Made by a program: the position numbers and the translations under genes. From positions 2,418,001 to 2,482,000 of the forward strand of contig CM120645.1 of the NCBI GenBank assembly GCA_051362555.1: a DNA stretch of 64,000 nucleotides. The letters are read 5' to 3'. This stretch comes from Lingula anatina. Its lineage: Eukaryota > Animalia > Brachiopoda. The notes beneath the pieces were generated by a model. The model worked only from the letters and a program-made list of their open reading frames with translations, was not told where the DNA came from and did not search any database. Shown in pieces: positions 61,294-64,000 of this stretch; position 1 is the stretch's first letter, and every line of letters begins with the position of its first letter.

Positions 61294-64000
61294 TGTGGCA
61301 AGCTTTGTTAACACCGTTTATAAAACCTGTAAATACAAAATCTTACTATTATGATCCAAACATGTAACGCTTGTTTCTCCTGTTTTTTTCAGTTCATATC
61401 GTAAATGTCATCATGTATTTAATATCTTCTCAACCAGTCACTGTTTCCTTTATGGAAAGCAACATGATCCTGATACATGACGTATCAATAATAACTGATC
61501 ACCCACTATCAAATGAAAAGTGAATCACTGTGAAGGTTAAACTGGTATTGTTACAGGCAGTCAATTAGAAGATTTGTGTTTAAAAGGTTGTAATGTACAC
61601 CATTCAACAAATTGCCAGTTTTGCTTTCATTTGGTAAAAAGAAACTGCAAGTAAATTACAGTAGGCCAGTAATACAAAATAAATCCTATTCCATTAAAAG
61701 TGATACATCACTTGGAGAATCCATGCATACTGAGTAACTCTTGCCTCAATCTTGGTTAGACAGTCTGAATTTTTTTGTGTTTCTGTGAAATTATCTAATA
61801 GCACAATAACACAGCACAGAACTGACAAGTAACGCCTGGGCTTCTTCAGCTCCAAGACTAATAAAAATAGGTATGTTCAAAAATGCCTCCAAGGATGGAA
61901 ATATAACTGGTGACGATATTTCAGATTAATGTGAAATTCCTTTGCTGAAAACTTGTCTACAAGTAAAAAATGCCCATGTGTGAGTCTTAATGTTGAAACG
62001 ACTTGGGGTTTCTCTTCATCAAACAGGATGTATTCTATGCAGAATATAACTGCCAAAGGCTCTAATAGATATGTTTCCGAGTTCCTTTCTGTCACTGATA
62101 ATATTCAGTTATGAAACATTTTCTTTCCTGTGTGGCTCCTGAGAATATGTCTCCAATTTAAATATAATATCATGATCTTCTTTCAATAATGATGACTTGA
62201 AACACAAAGCCTATCTTATTTTTAGAATATATTTACTTTCCTACTAGTATATTATTCAGGCTATGTCCGCACTAATTGTTTCGTGACTTTGAAGCACAAG
62301 TATAATTGACGAGCTGGATTCTTGTACATCAATGCTATTTTTAAATTAAGAGCACTGCCTTTCAATTTGTCACTGTTCAGACTCTCATAACTAAGGTGGG
62401 ATACCTGCTTAAATTAAGAGACAAATCAACCCTGCTTTTTTAAATGCGGATGAGTTTCCAGATCCTGTAGCTGACAGAAGAGAGTTGTTTCTATTTTCAA
62501 AAGAAGATCTGATGTGAAATACTTAAGTGGGGTGGGGGTGGGGGAGGATGGGGGGGGGGAGGAGCATTTGAAGATTTTCTGAGTCAGAAACACATGGACA
62601 AATTATTAGCCTGAGATACAGGTCCACTTGGCTACCTCCTTTTTTGTCTATTCTCAAACAGAAAAGAAAGAATAATGCTCAACAAGAGTAGGAAAATATC
62701 CACTGATTGAAGCAACTTCCGGCTTAATTCACCTGTCAAATGTGGACCGTATCTACAAACACATGCCCTGTCTTGCTTCTGTTCTTCAATATCAATTATC
62801 ACCCGGGATCATGAACTATACCTGATCATGAGCTGCTGTAAAATGCAGACAGAACCCAATTGATTTCTTCCACTTCTACCTGCTGTGAATCATATTGCAT
62901 TGTTCTGTGTAAGTACACTGGTGCCAAGTTGACTTGTGCTACTGGAATCGCTCACTAGATCTCTGCGAGCCAGAAATGTCTCGTTTCCGAGAGATGATAT
63001 TTCAAATGCACTTCATCTTCCTGAAAAAATTCAAGACAAGTGGGTTAAATTTTATGATATACTGTGATTGCCACATCTGTTAGTCTTATTTTTCGAAAAT
63101 GAGACTTGGACTTCTGAGGCAAGCCCACAAAATGTAAAATTTCCACTGTGGAAAAATGTTCTGCTGTACAAAACGGACACCAAGCTTATAGTAGTAAACC
63201 CTTTCACTTCAATCTGAACTGTGCCTTTATTAGTTTTCCTTCATTAACTGGGATACTGGTAAGCAAATCTAAATCAAAATTACTTTCTTAATAATTGCAT
63301 TGATGTCACTTTTTCTTGATTGTTATGAAGTCATGATTTCTCTTTCACCAAGACCAGTGCTTGAACTGGAAATCAATACTGTGCAATTATTCTCCCTGTC
63401 ACACATATATCCATTACGTTGTCATGAATACCTGGGAATTACCTATACGTAATGGTTTCAGTCTCGATATAAAATTGCATCAAGTGAGAATGCTTCATAG
63501 CATATGGTGAGTAAATGCTACAATTATTATGTTCGGTCACTATTCAGAATCTGATTAGCATACAGAAATATCTATAGTCATGTGACTTAACTTGTACTTA
63601 TGTAAAAAAAAAATCTCACGAATAATGACAGTGTGGTAATGAAAAAATAAGTTGACAAAATTCATCACTGGATATTTTTTCTGGTTATTTTCTTCTGTTA
63701 ATGTGCTCATATAATAATAACCAGTTTAAAAGAAAGAGGCGTGTCATTCAGTCAAGCTGATTGCAGACAGCTAAAGATCATGCAAAAACTCGCATATAAT
63801 CATGTGTCAGTAACAAGTACCAATATCTCAGTGTCTCTACAATCTTAATAACAGTCTAAACAAACCCTTTATTAAACTCCGGTATGAAACAAACACTGCA
63901 GACTTAATGATAATTTGTATGGACAAGTAGGACAGTGGACAGCAGTGGTACAAGCCTTATGTGCAATCCCCCAAGGAGCAAACTGGATTATAATTTTGAT

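Noticed and set aside
62880-63020. Exon-like segment on the minus strand (TTTTTTCAG|GAAGATG...CAG|GTAGAA), considered as NUDT3, the human neighbour of SMIM29
   Set aside because: It has stops in all three frames and no Nudix-like peptide. At most it is a 5'UTR exon of SMIM29, which cannot be supported without RNA data.

Overview
AT-rich, intron-rich animal genomic DNA from a bilaterian invertebrate (lophotrochozoan-like by impression; the species cannot be determined from the sequence). Most ORFs in the supplied track are spurious, and the real genes had to be spliced by hand. From left to right: tRNA-Thr(AGT) on the minus strand; a 5'-incomplete 10-exon MFSD4A-like MFS transporter (+); a ~1.2 kb tandem duplication of its 3' end; an Elk/TCF ETS transcription factor (-) with likely upstream in-frame exons and a promoter carrying CRE, CArG and ETS motifs (serum-response-element architecture); a small HMGA AT-hook gene (+); and an SMIM29 (C6orf1)-like single-pass membrane protein (-) whose exon/intron junction is tandemly repeated five times. 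Several MITEs and microsatellites are interspersed. Highlights: (1) the order MFSD4A><Elk - HMGA><SMIM29 joins two gene pairs that, from recalled human annotation, are convergent neighbours on different chromosomes (MFSD4A-ELK4 at 1q32, HMGA1-SMIM29 at 6p21), suggesting an ancient four-gene block; (2) possible Elk/SRF autoregulation; (3) a candidate stop-codon readthrough extension of HMGA; (4) a tandem array of 5' splice sites in SMIM29. All homology calls come from recalled protein motifs, not database searches.
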